A DNA stretch of 37,626 nt from an uncultured Dehalococcoidaceae bacterium (GTDB lineage: Bacteria; Chloroflexota; Dehalococcoidia; Dehalococcoidales; RBG-16-60-22), in contig CAYWAU010000002.1 of NCBI GenBank assembly GCA_964456395.1, positions 1-37,626 of the forward strand. Reading direction: 5' to 3'. The notes beneath the pieces are model-generated. The model searched no databases, had not been told where the DNA came from, and saw nothing but the letters and a program-made list of their open reading frames with translations. Positions 1 to 9,128 of the stretch are shown here, piece after piece (the stretch's first letter is position 1; the number at the start of each line of letters is the position of its first letter). Both the position numbers and the translations under genes were made by a program.

Positions 1-239
1 AGCACCGGATTCATGTCCACGGTGGGCTTGATGCCGGCTGCCTCCGCCTGTACCGCCTGTGCCCGTCCTATCTCGCCCCCCTCGGTGGTGACGAAGGAAT
101 TGAGCGCCATATTCTGCGCCTTGAAGGGTGCCACGCGATAGCCGTCCTGCCGGAAGATGCGGCAGAGAGCCGCCACCAGAATACTCTTCCCCGCCGAGGA
201 GGCTGTCCCCTGTATCATCAAGGTCTTGGCGCTTTTCAT
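1..239 (-). CDS. cobQ: Cobyric acid synthase, N-terminal fragment; the 3' end lies outside the window
   Basis: Reverse translation from the ATG at 239 gives [79 protein letters not shown]. This closely resembles the CobQ/CbiP N-terminus (QGTxSxxGKS, APFKxQNMALNS, GRAQxxQAEAAG). It is not in the ORF track because it is truncated by the window edge. It sits 30 nt downstream of cobS. Confidence 0.85.
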   Translation of the reverse strand, partial: MKSAKTLMIQGTASSAGKSILVAALCRIFRQDGYRVAPFKAQNMALNSFVTTEGGEIGRAQAVQAEAAGIKPTVDMNPV

Positions 240-268
240 AATCACATACCTTATAATATATGGATTCC

Positions 269-1024
269 CTAAAATAGCCTGATATGAGCCAGCAGGCAGA
301 CTATTATGAGCACTACCACTTCAGCTACTTCGTTGATGGCGCCATAGGTGTCGCCGGTGAGTCCGGAAAATTTATACTTGAGATAAAATGAGAACGCTGT
401 GGTGACAATCCAGACGCCGACCATTAAAATCAAGCCGGTCAGTGAAAACAGCGGGAATAGAGCTACCGCTATTATAAAGGTAATAAGGGTGGCGATAGTA
501 AACTCGGGCCACCTGGTTTTTTGCTTGAAGGCCGTTCCCAGTCCCGAGGGACGGGCGTATGGGTAAATGAAAATAGCGTAGACCATTGCCCAGCGGCTGA
601 CCACCGGCATAAAAAGCAGGGTTGCCATCATGAAGATTGGCGGGATGCTGTTCAGGGAAACATACTTGACCAGCAACAGCAGAGCGGCACCGACAATGCC
701 GAAGGCTCCGGCACGGCTGTCGCGCATCACGCGCCACCTGTCTTCAACTGCCTTGTGGCCGGCGATGCCGTCACAGGTGTCAACAAAGCCGTCAAGGTGT
801 AAAGCCCCGGTGATTATCACCAGAGCCACTAATACCAGTACATTGACAACCGCTGGAGGCAGAATATGGTTAAAAAGCCAGTTCAGACCGGCTAGAATGA
901 GGCCGATGATAAGGCCGACCAACGGGAAGTAAGCCGTAGCGCGCCCCAGTTGTTCCGGAGTAGCCTCACGCCGTCCGGGTAATGGTATGCTGGTTAGAAA
1001 TTGTAAAGCGGCTAGAAAACTCAA
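269..1024 (-). CDS. cobS: Adenosylcobinamide-GDP ribazoletransferase (cobalamin synthase)
   Basis: 251 aa polytopic membrane protein starting [16 protein letters not shown], with the DGFxDxxDG motif ([13 protein letters not shown]) typical of CobS. The TTG start overlaps the cobT stop (TTGA). Confidence 0.9.
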   Translation of the reverse strand: MSFLAALQFLTSIPLPGRREATPEQLGRATAYFPLVGLIIGLILAGLNWLFNHILPPAVVNVLVLVALVIITGALHLDGFVDTCDGIAGHKAVEDRWRVMRDSRAGAFGIVGAALLLLVKYVSLNSIPPIFMMATLLFMPVVSRWAMVYAIFIYPYARPSGLGTAFKQKTRWPEFTIATLITFIIAVALFPLFSLTGLILMVGVWIVTTAFSFYLKYKFSGLTGDTYGAINEVAEVVVLIIVCLLAHIRLF

Positions 1025-2094
1025 CTGCCCGATTCATCTCCTTCGGATTCAGAGACACCGGCTTCGGCAAAGGTAGCCATCTCGTTCAGGGTCCTGGCGG
1101 CGGCCTCAGCCAGGAATATGCCCAGCGCCGCACCGGTGCCTTCACCCAGGCGCATACTTAGGTCAAGCAGTGGCTTGAGTCCAAGATAGTTGAGCATGGC
1201 CGGGTGGCCGGCTTCAGCCGAGACATGCGCGGCGATGATAAAGTCCTTCAGTTGCGGTGCCATCGCCACCGCAATGAGGGCTGCCGCCCCGGAGATAAAG
1301 CCGTCAATGACTACCGGAATGCGTTTGGCGGCGGCTCCCAGCATGACCCCCACCAGCCCCCCGATTTCAAAGCCACCAACTTTGGCCAGCACCTCCAGAG
1401 GCTGAGCCGGGTCCGGATTATTAATCGCCATAGCCCGTTGGACTACTTCTACCTTGTGCGCGAGCTGTTCATCAGTCAGGCCGGTGCCGCGTCCGGTAAC
1501 CTCGCTTACCGGCGTTCCGGTCATGACGGCGCAGATGGCGCTGCTGGCGGTGGTATTGCCGATGCCCATGTCACCGGTGCCCACGATATCAAGACCCCTG
1601 TTGACCTCAGCATTTACTATCTCAATCCCTGCTTCTATGGACTTCACCGCCTGTTCATCAGTCATCGCCGGTCCCAGGCACATATTTCGGGTGCCGTAGC
1701 CGATTTTTCCCGGTAGAAGCTGAGGGTCGGGATTCAGGTCGGTGGCTACCCCAATGTCCACTACCACCACCCTGGCTCCCGCCTGGCGGCCGAGCACATT
1801 GATGCCTGCCCCTCCCCGGAGAAAATTTTCAACCATCTGGGCAGTAACCTCCTGGGGCCAGTTGCCTATTTTTTCGGCGACTACCCCGTGGTCGCCAGCC
1901 ATGGTAATAATGGCTTTGTCCTTTATCACGGGGCAGGCCTGACACTGAATGCCGGCCAGCTGAATTGAAATCTCCTCCAACCTGCCCAGACTTCCCGGCG
2001 GTTTGGTCAGCGTATCCTGACGGGACCGGGCTTCAGCCATAGCCGCCTTGTCCAGGGGTTTTATCATCTCAATTGTTTGTTTAATTCTATCCAT
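1021..2094 (-). CDS. cobT: Nicotinate-nucleotide--dimethylbenzimidazole phosphoribosyltransferase
   Basis: 357 aa with CobT-like motifs (KPPGSLGRLEE, GDMGIGNTT, GEGTGA). It lies between cobD and cobS. Confidence 0.9.
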   Translation of the reverse strand: MDRIKQTIEMIKPLDKAAMAEARSRQDTLTKPPGSLGRLEEISIQLAGIQCQACPVIKDKAIITMAGDHGVVAEKIGNWPQEVTAQMVENFLRGGAGINVLGRQAGARVVVVDIGVATDLNPDPQLLPGKIGYGTRNMCLGPAMTDEQAVKSIEAGIEIVNAEVNRGLDIVGTGDMGIGNTTASSAICAVMTGTPVSEVTGRGTGLTDEQLAHKVEVVQRAMAINNPDPAQPLEVLAKVGGFEIGGLVGVMLGAAAKRIPVVIDGFISGAAALIAVAMAPQLKDFIIAAHVSAEAGHPAMLNYLGLKPLLDLSMRLGEGTGAALGIFLAEAAARTLNEMATFAEAGVSESEGDESGS

Positions 2095-2109
2095 AGAGCC
2101 TCTTCAATT

Positions 2110-3234
2110 TTACATTATTGGTTTCTTTGTTGGTAGGATACTGCCGATAGCGGTGATGAGCTTCCGGCATTGGGGCATGGTGCGGGGAGCAATGCGGACG
2201 TATTCCGGCAGGCCAAAGGAGGTGCCGTCCCGCACCAGAATGCCGTGTTTGAGTAAAGAATTACGGAAGTTACGGGAAGTGCCCACCTTCACCAGGAAGT
2301 AGTTGGCGTCTGACGGCAGCACTTTCAAACCCAGCCGGGAGAGTTCGCCGCTCAGGAAATGTTTTGCTTCCTGTATTTGTGAAAGACTCTGCTCAAGGTA
2401 TTCCCCGTTTTCCAGGACAGCCGTACCCACCTTCTGGGCGATAATATTGACGTTCCAGGGCTGGCAGACGCGGCGCAGAATGTCAATAATCTCCTGGCGG
2501 GCCACGGCATAGCCGAGACGAAGTCCGGGCAGGCCATATGTCTTGGTCATGGAGCGCAGAATAATTACGTTGCCCCGCATCATAAGGTCAATCGAATCCC
2601 AGCTTTGGGCAACAAAGGCGATATATGCCTCATCCAGGATAAGCAGGCTGTCGCTGCTGGCGTCCATGATTGTCTCAATCTCGCGACGTGAGAGGTATTT
2701 CCCCGTGGGATTATTGGGATTGCAGATGAATACTCCTCGGGGATGAAGCTTCTTGATGAGGTCGGCAACATCTTCTATCTTCGGTACAAAGTTGTCCTCT
2801 TCCTTCGCCCGATGCCTGACCGGCCTGGCACCGGCAATCCGCCCGGCAATTTCATATTCCCCGTAGGTCGGCTCCAGTATCAAGAATTGGTCGCCCTTCC
2901 TGAAGTAGGCCAGGGCGATAAGTCCTATTAACTCCGTGGTGCCGCTTCCGGCCAGAATATTCTCCGGTGGTAAATCCAGATGCGCCGACAGCTCTTTACG
3001 AAATTCGGTGGCTTCGGAGTCAGGGTACTGCTCAATGGCAATGGTGCCAAGGGTTTCCTTGATGCCGGGCGGCGGCATGAACGGATTGGTGCAGACGCTG
3101 AAATCAAGCACTTCGTCAGACTTCAATCCCAGAGCCTTGAACTCGGCATAATTTATGCCGCCGTGATAACCCTTTTTTAAGTTTGCTATCCCTCGTTTAG
3201 GCCGTAATGACAAAATGAATACCCCCCACAACAA
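2110..3234 (-). CDS. cobD: L-threonine-O-3-phosphate decarboxylase (class I/II aminotransferase fold)
   Basis: YHGGINY...LDFSVCTNPF...QYPD...NPNNPTG...LRSMTKTYGLPGLRLGY parallels Salmonella CobD (HGGN, LDFSANINPLG, RYPD, LRSLTKFYAIPGLRLGY). The start is uncertain: the ORF-track start at 3234 is a TTG that overlaps the cbiB 3' end by 38 nt, and an alternative TTG lies at 3213. Confidence 0.75.
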   Translation of the reverse strand: MLWGVFILSLRPKRGIANLKKGYHGGINYAEFKALGLKSDEVLDFSVCTNPFMPPPGIKETLGTIAIEQYPDSEATEFRKELSAHLDLPPENILAGSGTTELIGLIALAYFRKGDQFLILEPTYGEYEIAGRIAGARPVRHRAKEEDNFVPKIEDVADLIKKLHPRGVFICNPNNPTGKYLSRREIETIMDASSDSLLILDEAYIAFVAQSWDSIDLMMRGNVIILRSMTKTYGLPGLRLGYAVARQEIIDILRRVCQPWNVNIIAQKVGTAVLENGEYLEQSLSQIQEAKHFLSGELSRLGLKVLPSDANYFLVKVGTSRNFRNSLLKHGILVRDGTSFGLPEYVRIAPRTMPQCRKLITAIGSILPTKKPIM

Positions 3235-4129
3235 AGCATGTTAATATCCAGGCTGACGCCGCCATTAAAAATAATTTTACTGAATTATTAATAGTCTCCG
3301 GTACCAGAGCCTTTTTTTCTTTCCCCAGCTGGTAGTACCCTGACTTTTTCAGTCGGACATCAAGGGCGCCGGCCATAGCCGCCATCGGCCAGCCGGCATT
3401 GGGACTCTCGGTCTGGGCATGCTCACGGAGAGCGGTCTGCCACGAATTATAGCCGTTTCTCTTCATTATAAAAGCGGCTAGAACCAGCAATAATGCTGTT
3501 ATCCTCGCCGGTATGAAGTTGAGGACATCATCCAGCCTGCTGGCGAACTTGCCCAGATACTCATACTTTCCATGATAGCCTATCATAGTGTCCATAGTGT
3601 TGACCACGCGGTAGCCGACAGCACCGGGGACGCCGAAGAGCAGGAAATAAAACAGGGGAGCCACCAGGCTATCGCCGGTGCCCTCCGCCACCGATTCTAC
3701 GGTAGCCGATACCAGCAGCGGCCCGGGCAGGTCCTTGGTCTGGCGACTGACCAGCGAGCGCAGGTCAAAGCGCGCTTCGTCCAGCTTATTTTCTTGCAGG
3801 GACTGCTTGACCCTCAGTGCGGCACGCTGCAGTCCCTTTATGGAGAAGGTGCTTTTAAGGAGCACCGCCGCCACAATGATATAGGCTGCCAGATTCAGGC
3901 CTTTCAGATACATGAGTATATAATAAGTCGGAATGACAAAGAGCGCCATGGTGAGGACAACCATCGCCAGTCCGTGGAGAAATTGGGTCGACGCACGCTG
4001 TCCTCTGTTACCTCTCTCCAGGAATGAAATCACCTTCCCCATCCAGGCGACCGGGTGTATAGCGTTGGGCGGGTCGCCCAGAGCCAGGTCCAGGGCGATT
4101 GCCAGAGCCAGTATTAATATTATTTCCAT
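3197..4129 (-). CDS. cbiB: Adenosylcobinamide-phosphate synthase
   Basis: Membrane protein with the CbiB-type N-terminus MEIILILALAIALDLALGDPPNAIHPVAWMGK. I place the start at the internal ATG (4127-4129), because the first 65 codons of the 375-aa ORF overlap the upstream ABC ATPase gene and look non-native. Confidence 0.85.
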   Translation of the reverse strand: MEIILILALAIALDLALGDPPNAIHPVAWMGKVISFLERGNRGQRASTQFLHGLAMVVLTMALFVIPTYYILMYLKGLNLAAYIIVAAVLLKSTFSIKGLQRAALRVKQSLQENKLDEARFDLRSLVSRQTKDLPGPLLVSATVESVAEGTGDSLVAPLFYFLLFGVPGAVGYRVVNTMDTMIGYHGKYEYLGKFASRLDDVLNFIPARITALLLVLAAFIMKRNGYNSWQTALREHAQTESPNAGWPMAAMAGALDVRLKKSGYYQLGKEKKALVPETINNSVKLFLMAASAWILTCFVVGGIHFVITA

Positions 4130-4140
4130 ATTCAGGTCTC

Positions 4141-4941
4141 TTATATTCCGGCTGGTTTGTTCCGGTGAGCACTCAGCAACACGGTAGGGAGGTCGTTGAT
4201 TGGGTGGGTGTAAACGCAGTTCTCGGCGCCATAGACCTGCTTGATATTTCGGTCGGTGATAACATCTATCGGAGTCCCCTCGGCATGAATGGCTCCCTCG
4301 TTTATCAGGAATAAGCGGTCGCAATACTGTGCTGCCAGATTAAGGTCGTGAAGGGCCGCCAGAACGGTTAAATTCTTCTCCATACATAGATTCTTGATTA
4401 AGTCAAGTATTTCGACCTGACGACCGATATCCAGGTTAGCGGTTGGTTCATCCAGGAGAATCGCTTTGGTCTCCTGTACCAGAACGCGGGCAATCATCAG
4501 ACACTGTATCTCTCCACCGGAAAGCTCGTTTACCCGGCGGTCGGCCAGTTCGCGGGTGGCGGTCTTTTCCATCGCCTGCCAGGCTATTGCCCAGTCGCGG
4601 TGACCTTCGGACTGAAACAGGCCGAGGTGCGGATTCCTGCCCATGAGCACTATCTCAAAGGCAGTGAAAGTACTGGGAAGCAGCGGCATCTGCGGGACGA
4701 CACCGACCAGACAGGCCAATTCCCTCCTCGGTATTCTGGCTATATCCTTGCCGTCAAGCAGTATCTTACCCGAGTGGGGGTGAATGACGCGACTAAGTGC
4801 CTTGATAATGGTTGATTTGCCGCAGCCGTTGGGACCGATGAGTCCCACCATTTCCCCCGGTGATGCCTGGAGGCTTATGTCTTGCAATACCGGCTTATGA
4901 TTGTAGCCCAGCGTAACGTTTTGTATTTGCAGTTCAATCAT
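4141..4941 (-). CDS. btuD: ABC transporter ATP-binding protein, FepC/BtuD (iron-siderophore/cobalamin) class
   Basis: Walker A GPNGCGKST, signature LSGGE, Walker B ILLDEP. It sits in an operon downstream of the B12 riboswitch, the binding protein and the FecCD permease. Confidence 0.88.
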   Translation of the reverse strand: MIELQIQNVTLGYNHKPVLQDISLQASPGEMVGLIGPNGCGKSTIIKALSRVIHPHSGKILLDGKDIARIPRRELACLVGVVPQMPLLPSTFTAFEIVLMGRNPHLGLFQSEGHRDWAIAWQAMEKTATRELADRRVNELSGGEIQCLMIARVLVQETKAILLDEPTANLDIGRQVEILDLIKNLCMEKNLTVLAALHDLNLAAQYCDRLFLINEGAIHAEGTPIDVITDRNIKQVYGAENCVYTHPINDLPTVLLSAHRNKPAGI

Positions 4942-4950
4942 TTTCAGGCC

Positions 4951-6027
4951 TCAGAAGATTACCTTTTTGCGACGCCTCAGCAGGTATAGGAAGAAGGGGG
5001 CACCGCAGATGGCGGTAATCACCCCGATTGGTATCTCTGTGGGCGCCAGCACGATGCGGGCGACAAGGTCAGCCAGAATCATGAAAATGGCCCCGGTGAG
5101 TACCGACAGGGGTAGCAGAAAACGGTGGTCGGCACCCCATATCAGGCGGACGGCATGAGGAATGATAATGCCGACAAAACCGATGGTACCTACGAAGGAA
5201 ACACTGGCGGCCGTGATCAGAGTGGCGGCGGCCAGCAGGATTAGCTTGATTCGTTCTACGTTAACCCCCAGCTGCTGCGCCTGCTCTTCGTCAAGCTGCA
5301 TGACATTAAGCAACCGGGCGAAAATTATTATTACGGCAGTCCCCACGGCTACATAGGGAAGGACAATGCCTATCTCTGACCACTGGCTCAGGGAGAAGCT
5401 GCCCATCAGCCAGAAGATAATGCCGTGCATCTTTTCCCCGCTGGAAATGATGAGGTAGGAAACGATTGACCCCAGGAGCGCGCCTAAAGCTACCCCGGCT
5501 AAAATAAGGGTGGTTACCGGTACCGTCCTGCCTACCCGCGCCAGGGTATAGACAACGGCGGTGGCGACCAGTGCCCCGATAAAGGCGAGCAGGGGAATCA
5601 GGCTGAATCCGAAGCTGTGCCAGGTAACGGGCAGCAGGAAGCCAATTACAGCTCCCAGCGATGCTCCCTGAGCCACGCCGATGAGGTAGGGGTCGGCCAG
5701 GGGATTGCGAAACAGTCCCTGGTAAGTAGCACCGGCGGTCGCCAGGGCGGCACCAACCAGTCCGGCGAGGATAACCCGGGGCAGGCGTATTTCCAGGACG
5801 ATTGTTCCTGTGGTGCTCTGCCAGGTTTGGGCTATATCAAGCAGAGGTAGCTTGGCCAGAAGGATGCGGAATGTGGTCAGGAGCGGGATGTGAACACTGC
5901 CCACGCTCGTTGCCAGAATAACCACCACTACCAGCGCAATGGATAGTCCCAGAACGCTGTACAGTCGGGTACGCCTTCCCGATAAGTAAGCACCGACTGG
6001 CTCGGTGGAACCTTGATGAAAAGACAT
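4951..6027 (-). CDS. btuC: FecCD/BtuC-family ABC permease
   Basis: 358 aa with about 9-10 hydrophobic helices. Typical family motifs are present (LEIRLPRVLAGxxVGAALAxAGxxxQGLFRNPLADPYLIG and ICGAPFFLYLL). Confidence 0.9.
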   Translation of the reverse strand: MSFHQGSTEPVGAYLSGRRTRLYSVLGLSIALVVVVILATSVGSVHIPLLTTFRILLAKLPLLDIAQTWQSTTGTIVLEIRLPRVILAGLVGAALATAGATYQGLFRNPLADPYLIGVAQGASLGAVIGFLLPVTWHSFGFSLIPLLAFIGALVATAVVYTLARVGRTVPVTTLILAGVALGALLGSIVSYLIISSGEKMHGIIFWLMGSFSLSQWSEIGIVLPYVAVGTAVIIIFARLLNVMQLDEEQAQQLGVNVERIKLILLAAATLITAASVSFVGTIGFVGIIIPHAVRLIWGADHRFLLPLSVLTGAIFMILADLVARIVLAPTEIPIGVITAICGAPFFLYLLRRRKKVIF

Positions 6028-6048
6028 ATTAATAAATCCTTGAATAAC

Positions 6049-6990
6049 CTACTTGAATAATTCGGGGTGTATAAATTGGGCAAACAGTTCCAGTCCGTCA
6101 ACTATCCGCGGGCCGGGGCGGCTGGCTAGGTCGGAGTCAATGGGATAAACATAGTTATTCTTTCTGGCATTTACGTCACGTAGCCTAGTTTCGGAGTTCA
6201 CATATTCGTATGTGTCCAAGCCGTTGCTGCCGTGACTGGTGCCGACAATTATTATCTCTGGATTCATGCCAATAACTGTCTCTATATCAATATTGGCATA
6301 ATTTTTAACTTCCCTGCCAATGTTCAGGCCGCCGGCTCTATCTATGAGTTCGTCCTGTAGCGTTCCTGAGCCGGCTACCATTATACCTTCGTCGCCGAAC
6401 CAAACAACATAAAATGTTTTAGGCTTCTGTGCCTCGGTTAGCTCAGCCGTTTTATCAGTCACAGCCTTGGTGCGTTGCTGCATTATGGCTACCAGCCTGG
6501 CAGCGTTTTCTTCCGCACCAGCGACTTTACCCGTCAGCGTTATAGCTTCCAATACCCCATCCATCGTTTTGGGGTTGAGTGCCAGAACGGTTAGACCTTT
6601 ATTCTCAAGCTGGGGAATAATTTTATTCTCGTGGATTGACGTAGCCAGTAGCAGGTCGGGAGAAAGGGCTACTATTTCCTCGATATTTGGGGTGCTGAAA
6701 CCGCCGATGCTGGGTTTTGCTTCAACCTCCGGCGGGTAGTTACAGTAGTCGGTCACGGCCACCACCCGCTCGGCCAGACCCAGCGCGAAAAGAATCTCGG
6801 TATTGCTGGGGGCGAGGGAGATAATTCTCTGTGGTGATTTGTCCAGTGCGACGGCTCTCCCTAGCTGGTCGGTGATTTGGGTTGGAGATGGGGGCACGCT
6901 TTCTATCGGTGAGGCGCAGGATGCCAGAAAAATCAGGGCTGAGGCTGAAGCCAGGCAGATGGTATAAATCTGTTGTAACTTGCTTTTCAT
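6049..6990 (-). CDS. btuF: Periplasmic-binding-protein (BtuF/FhuD class) substrate-binding lipoprotein
   Basis: Start moved to the internal ATG (6988-6990), preceded by GAGGTG. The N-terminus MKSKLQQIYTICLASASALIFLASCASP contains a lipobox (LASC). RIISLAPSNTEILFALGL is the PBP cluster-A signature. The ORF-track extension to 7053 runs into the terminator hairpin. Confidence 0.85.
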   Translation of the reverse strand: MKSKLQQIYTICLASASALIFLASCASPIESVPPSPTQITDQLGRAVALDKSPQRIISLAPSNTEILFALGLAERVVAVTDYCNYPPEVEAKPSIGGFSTPNIEEIVALSPDLLLATSIHENKIIPQLENKGLTVLALNPKTMDGVLEAITLTGKVAGAEENAARLVAIMQQRTKAVTDKTAELTEAQKPKTFYVVWFGDEGIMVAGSGTLQDELIDRAGGLNIGREVKNYANIDIETVIGMNPEIIIVGTSHGSNGLDTYEYVNSETRLRDVNARKNNYVYPIDSDLASRPGPRIVDGLELFAQFIHPELFK

Positions 6991-7003
6991 GGGCACCTCA
7001 ATT

Positions 7004-7036
7004 CTAAATAAAGACCCCTCGCCTCCAGCCGAGGGG
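7004..7036 (-). terminator. Intrinsic-terminator-like hairpin in the riboswitch leader (proximal)
   Basis: Minus-strand RNA CCCCUCG-GCUGGAGG-CGAGGGG (stem 7015-7021 / 7030-7036) is followed by UCUUUAUUU. It lies immediately upstream of the btuF RBS. Confidence 0.55.
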
Positions 7037-7048
7037 AAGTAAAGACTC

Positions 7049-7087
7049 AACAAAAAGTCCTACCTCTCCCCCGCGGAGTGCTGTAGG
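7049..7087 (-). terminator. Second terminator-like hairpin in the riboswitch leader (distal)
   Basis: Minus-strand RNA CCUAC-AGCA-CUCC-GCGG-GGAG-AG-GUAGG is followed by ACUUUUUGUU. It lies between the aptamer and the proximal hairpin. Confidence 0.45.
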
Positions 7088-7089
7088 CT

Positions 7090-7210
7090 ACTCAGGGGCT
7101 GGCGTTCTGGCTTATGATGGTTCAGCCATCAATCACAGTGGCGCGGCCGCTTCGGAATTACACCGACTTGCTTTCCAGTTAGGCCCTCGCTTGCGCTCGG
7201 GCACCCCCGT
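7090..7210 (-). promoter_or_regulatory. Cobalamin (B12) riboswitch aptamer
   Basis: The minus-strand RNA reads GGUGCC..GGAAAGCAAGUCGGUGUAAUUCCGAAGCGGCCGCGCCACUGUGA...AUAAGCCAGAACGCCAGCC. It contains the conserved GGUG-AAUUCC region, the GCCACUG motif and a B12-box-like AAGCCAGAACGCC. Its position upstream of a btuFCD/cob operon is the canonical context. Confidence 0.75.
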
Positions 7211-7230
7211 TGCTTATTCTGTTTTAGTCC

Positions 7231-7259
7231 AATATATAGTATCAGGTATAAAAATGCAA
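7231..7259 (-). promoter_or_regulatory. Candidate sigma70-type promoter for the riboswitch operon
   Basis: On the minus strand, TTGCAT (7254-7259), a 17-nt spacer and TATATT (7231-7236) lie about 20 nt upstream of the riboswitch aptamer. This is a motif match only. Confidence 0.3.
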
Positions 7260-7337
7260 GCTGGCGGATATCATGGTCTGTATTTGGAGGTTGTTTATTT
7301 TCGGCTATTTATGGATATCCACAGTGAAAGTGCCGGG

Positions 7338-8681
7338 CTAAACCAGCAGGACATCGAATATCCTGCCGACATCGTTGATTTCCTCCAGACGCCACAGTAA
7401 ATCCAGAGCAGTTCGCACCTGCTTCGGAGTGAGCGTGTGCTCAACTAGTTTGGAGAATTTCTCTTCTATCTCGGTGTCGCTCATGGGATTGGCCGGGTGC
7501 CCTTTCGGGTTCTTCCTGTGCTGGGTAAACTTCTTGCCTGATTTGTCCGTCACCTCAATACGACAGTGGAACGTCTTTGGGAAATCCTTTACGTATTCGG
7601 GATCCTTTTCCATGGTAAGCTTCTTCAGCAGAGCCAGGATTTGTGGATCACGGTAGCGCTCGGGTGTATAGGTCCTTTCTGACATCTCTCCGTCCACCAG
7701 GGTAGCTACTACCATGTATGGTATGCTATGGTCCGCCGTCTCTCGAGTATGGGGGTCCCAGAATTCAGGTGCCTCCTGGATGAACCATGGGGGGACGACC
7801 TTGATTGAATCAATATTATTGATATCTATTTTATCCCGCAGCTCGAGGGCTGTCTCCACCGCCAATAGGGTGGGGTACATTACCGGCCTGGGCTTGAAGA
7901 AGGTATCCTGGATCTTAAAAGGGCGGCCTTCGCCGCCGAAAGGCCCCAGCTCGAATTTACCGGTTACCTTATCCCATAATGCATAGCGTCCCTCAATGGG
8001 TTGACTGGGTCCCGTCAGGCCCTCCGACGCCAGCAGAGCGGCAAAGACGCCATTTCGGGCGGCGTTGGGTCCGGCACAACCTTTCCACATGGAAAGCTCC
8101 CCTACTCTGGTCTGTTGCAGGCCTATATTGGGTACAATAGCCAGAGCCAGGGCTTGAGCCATTTGCTCCTTGGAGAGGCCCAGCACCTTCCCTGCTCCCA
8201 GGGCGCTGCCGATTGATGTCTCCGTGACGTAGTCCCAGCCACGGTCCATAAAATCGGCTGAGTCCACCAGCTGGTCGACTATTTCGTAGGCCAGGGTGAT
8301 GCCGCAAGTCAGGCTCTTACCATCGGTGTGCAGGGCCTCAGATACAGCCAGTACTGCCGGGATATTATCGCTCGGGTGCGGCCCATCCTTGTTGATGTAA
8401 TCATCATTGAAGTCGAGATAACGAACCATGGTCCCGTTTACGAAGGCGGCCATCTCCGGGCATGTCTTGATGGAAGTCCCCAGAAGGGACGCCGGCATGG
8501 TGCTGGTAACACGGCTGGCCAGCTTCTGTGCAATCTTGACCGGCTCGGCGGAGAAAGCCCCCAGCGCACAGCCAATAGAATCAATCAGGCTTCTTTTTAC
8601 AGCGTGGAGCGCCTCCGGGGTAATGTCCGAAGTGGAGAGGGAAGCGGCATAACTGGCAATACTGTCCTGAGTCTTATCCAT
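7338..8681 (-). CDS. MmgE/PrpD-family protein (2-methylcitrate dehydratase / cis-aconitate decarboxylase superfamily)
   Basis: 447 aa whose length and N-terminal pattern (A...L.....P.......K....D..G.......) fit the PrpD family. An AAGGAG RBS lies upstream of the ATG at 8681. Substrate cannot be assigned. Confidence 0.8.
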   Translation of the reverse strand: MDKTQDSIASYAASLSTSDITPEALHAVKRSLIDSIGCALGAFSAEPVKIAQKLASRVTSTMPASLLGTSIKTCPEMAAFVNGTMVRYLDFNDDYINKDGPHPSDNIPAVLAVSEALHTDGKSLTCGITLAYEIVDQLVDSADFMDRGWDYVTETSIGSALGAGKVLGLSKEQMAQALALAIVPNIGLQQTRVGELSMWKGCAGPNAARNGVFAALLASEGLTGPSQPIEGRYALWDKVTGKFELGPFGGEGRPFKIQDTFFKPRPVMYPTLLAVETALELRDKIDINNIDSIKVVPPWFIQEAPEFWDPHTRETADHSIPYMVVATLVDGEMSERTYTPERYRDPQILALLKKLTMEKDPEYVKDFPKTFHCRIEVTDKSGKKFTQHRKNPKGHPANPMSDTEIEEKFSKLVEHTLTPKQVRTALDLLWRLEEINDVGRIFDVLLV

Positions 8682-9128
8682 TACTATTTTCTCCTTTCTT
8701 GAGTAACAGTTCGGCTACCGGTTCCTTAAGCCTTTCATTTTTCCTCTAAATGTCATCACCCTCAGCCATGAATGATTTTACAGTATCTGGCAGGGGTCTT
8801 CTGTCTGAGCCTGTATAGGTGATGGTTGTGTGCATTAGATGGTTATTTTTCAGTTCACGTTGGATGATAATATAAATACACGCCGAATGTCAAAAGTCTG
8901 GCGGATGTTCCACTGGAGTGAGTATAGCTGTCAACCACGATGGAACAGAACCATCTCAAGAAAGTAGTTGATAATTGCATTATAACAATACTTACAGTAG
9001 TATATGTACGAGGATACGAAATCCCTTACCGAAGTCGACTATGATTCAACCGCAGTATCCAATAAACAAACCCCAAAACAGGCATATTACAGGAGGTTTT
9101 TGCTTCTTAGAGCTTAAAGGAGGACAAA

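Noticed and set aside
4130-4324. 65-codon N-terminal extension of the cbiB ORF (MRPLIPDKRGSHSCRG...)
   Set aside because: It overlaps the 3' end of the ABC ATPase gene in another frame and is Arg/Pro-rich with no membrane character. A canonical CbiB N-terminus begins at the internal ATG at 4129, just after the ATPase stop at 4141.
6991-7053. 21-codon N-terminal extension of the btuF-like ORF
   Set aside because: It would be translated through the terminator hairpin of the riboswitch leader. The internal ATG at 6990 has a GAGGTG RBS and yields a proper lipoprotein signal peptide.
7262-7322. GGATATC ... GGATATCC inverted elements downstream of the PrpD-family gene as a terminator
   Set aside because: The stem is only 7 bp, with a loop of about 40 nt and no U-tract. 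It is not convincing as a terminator or operator.
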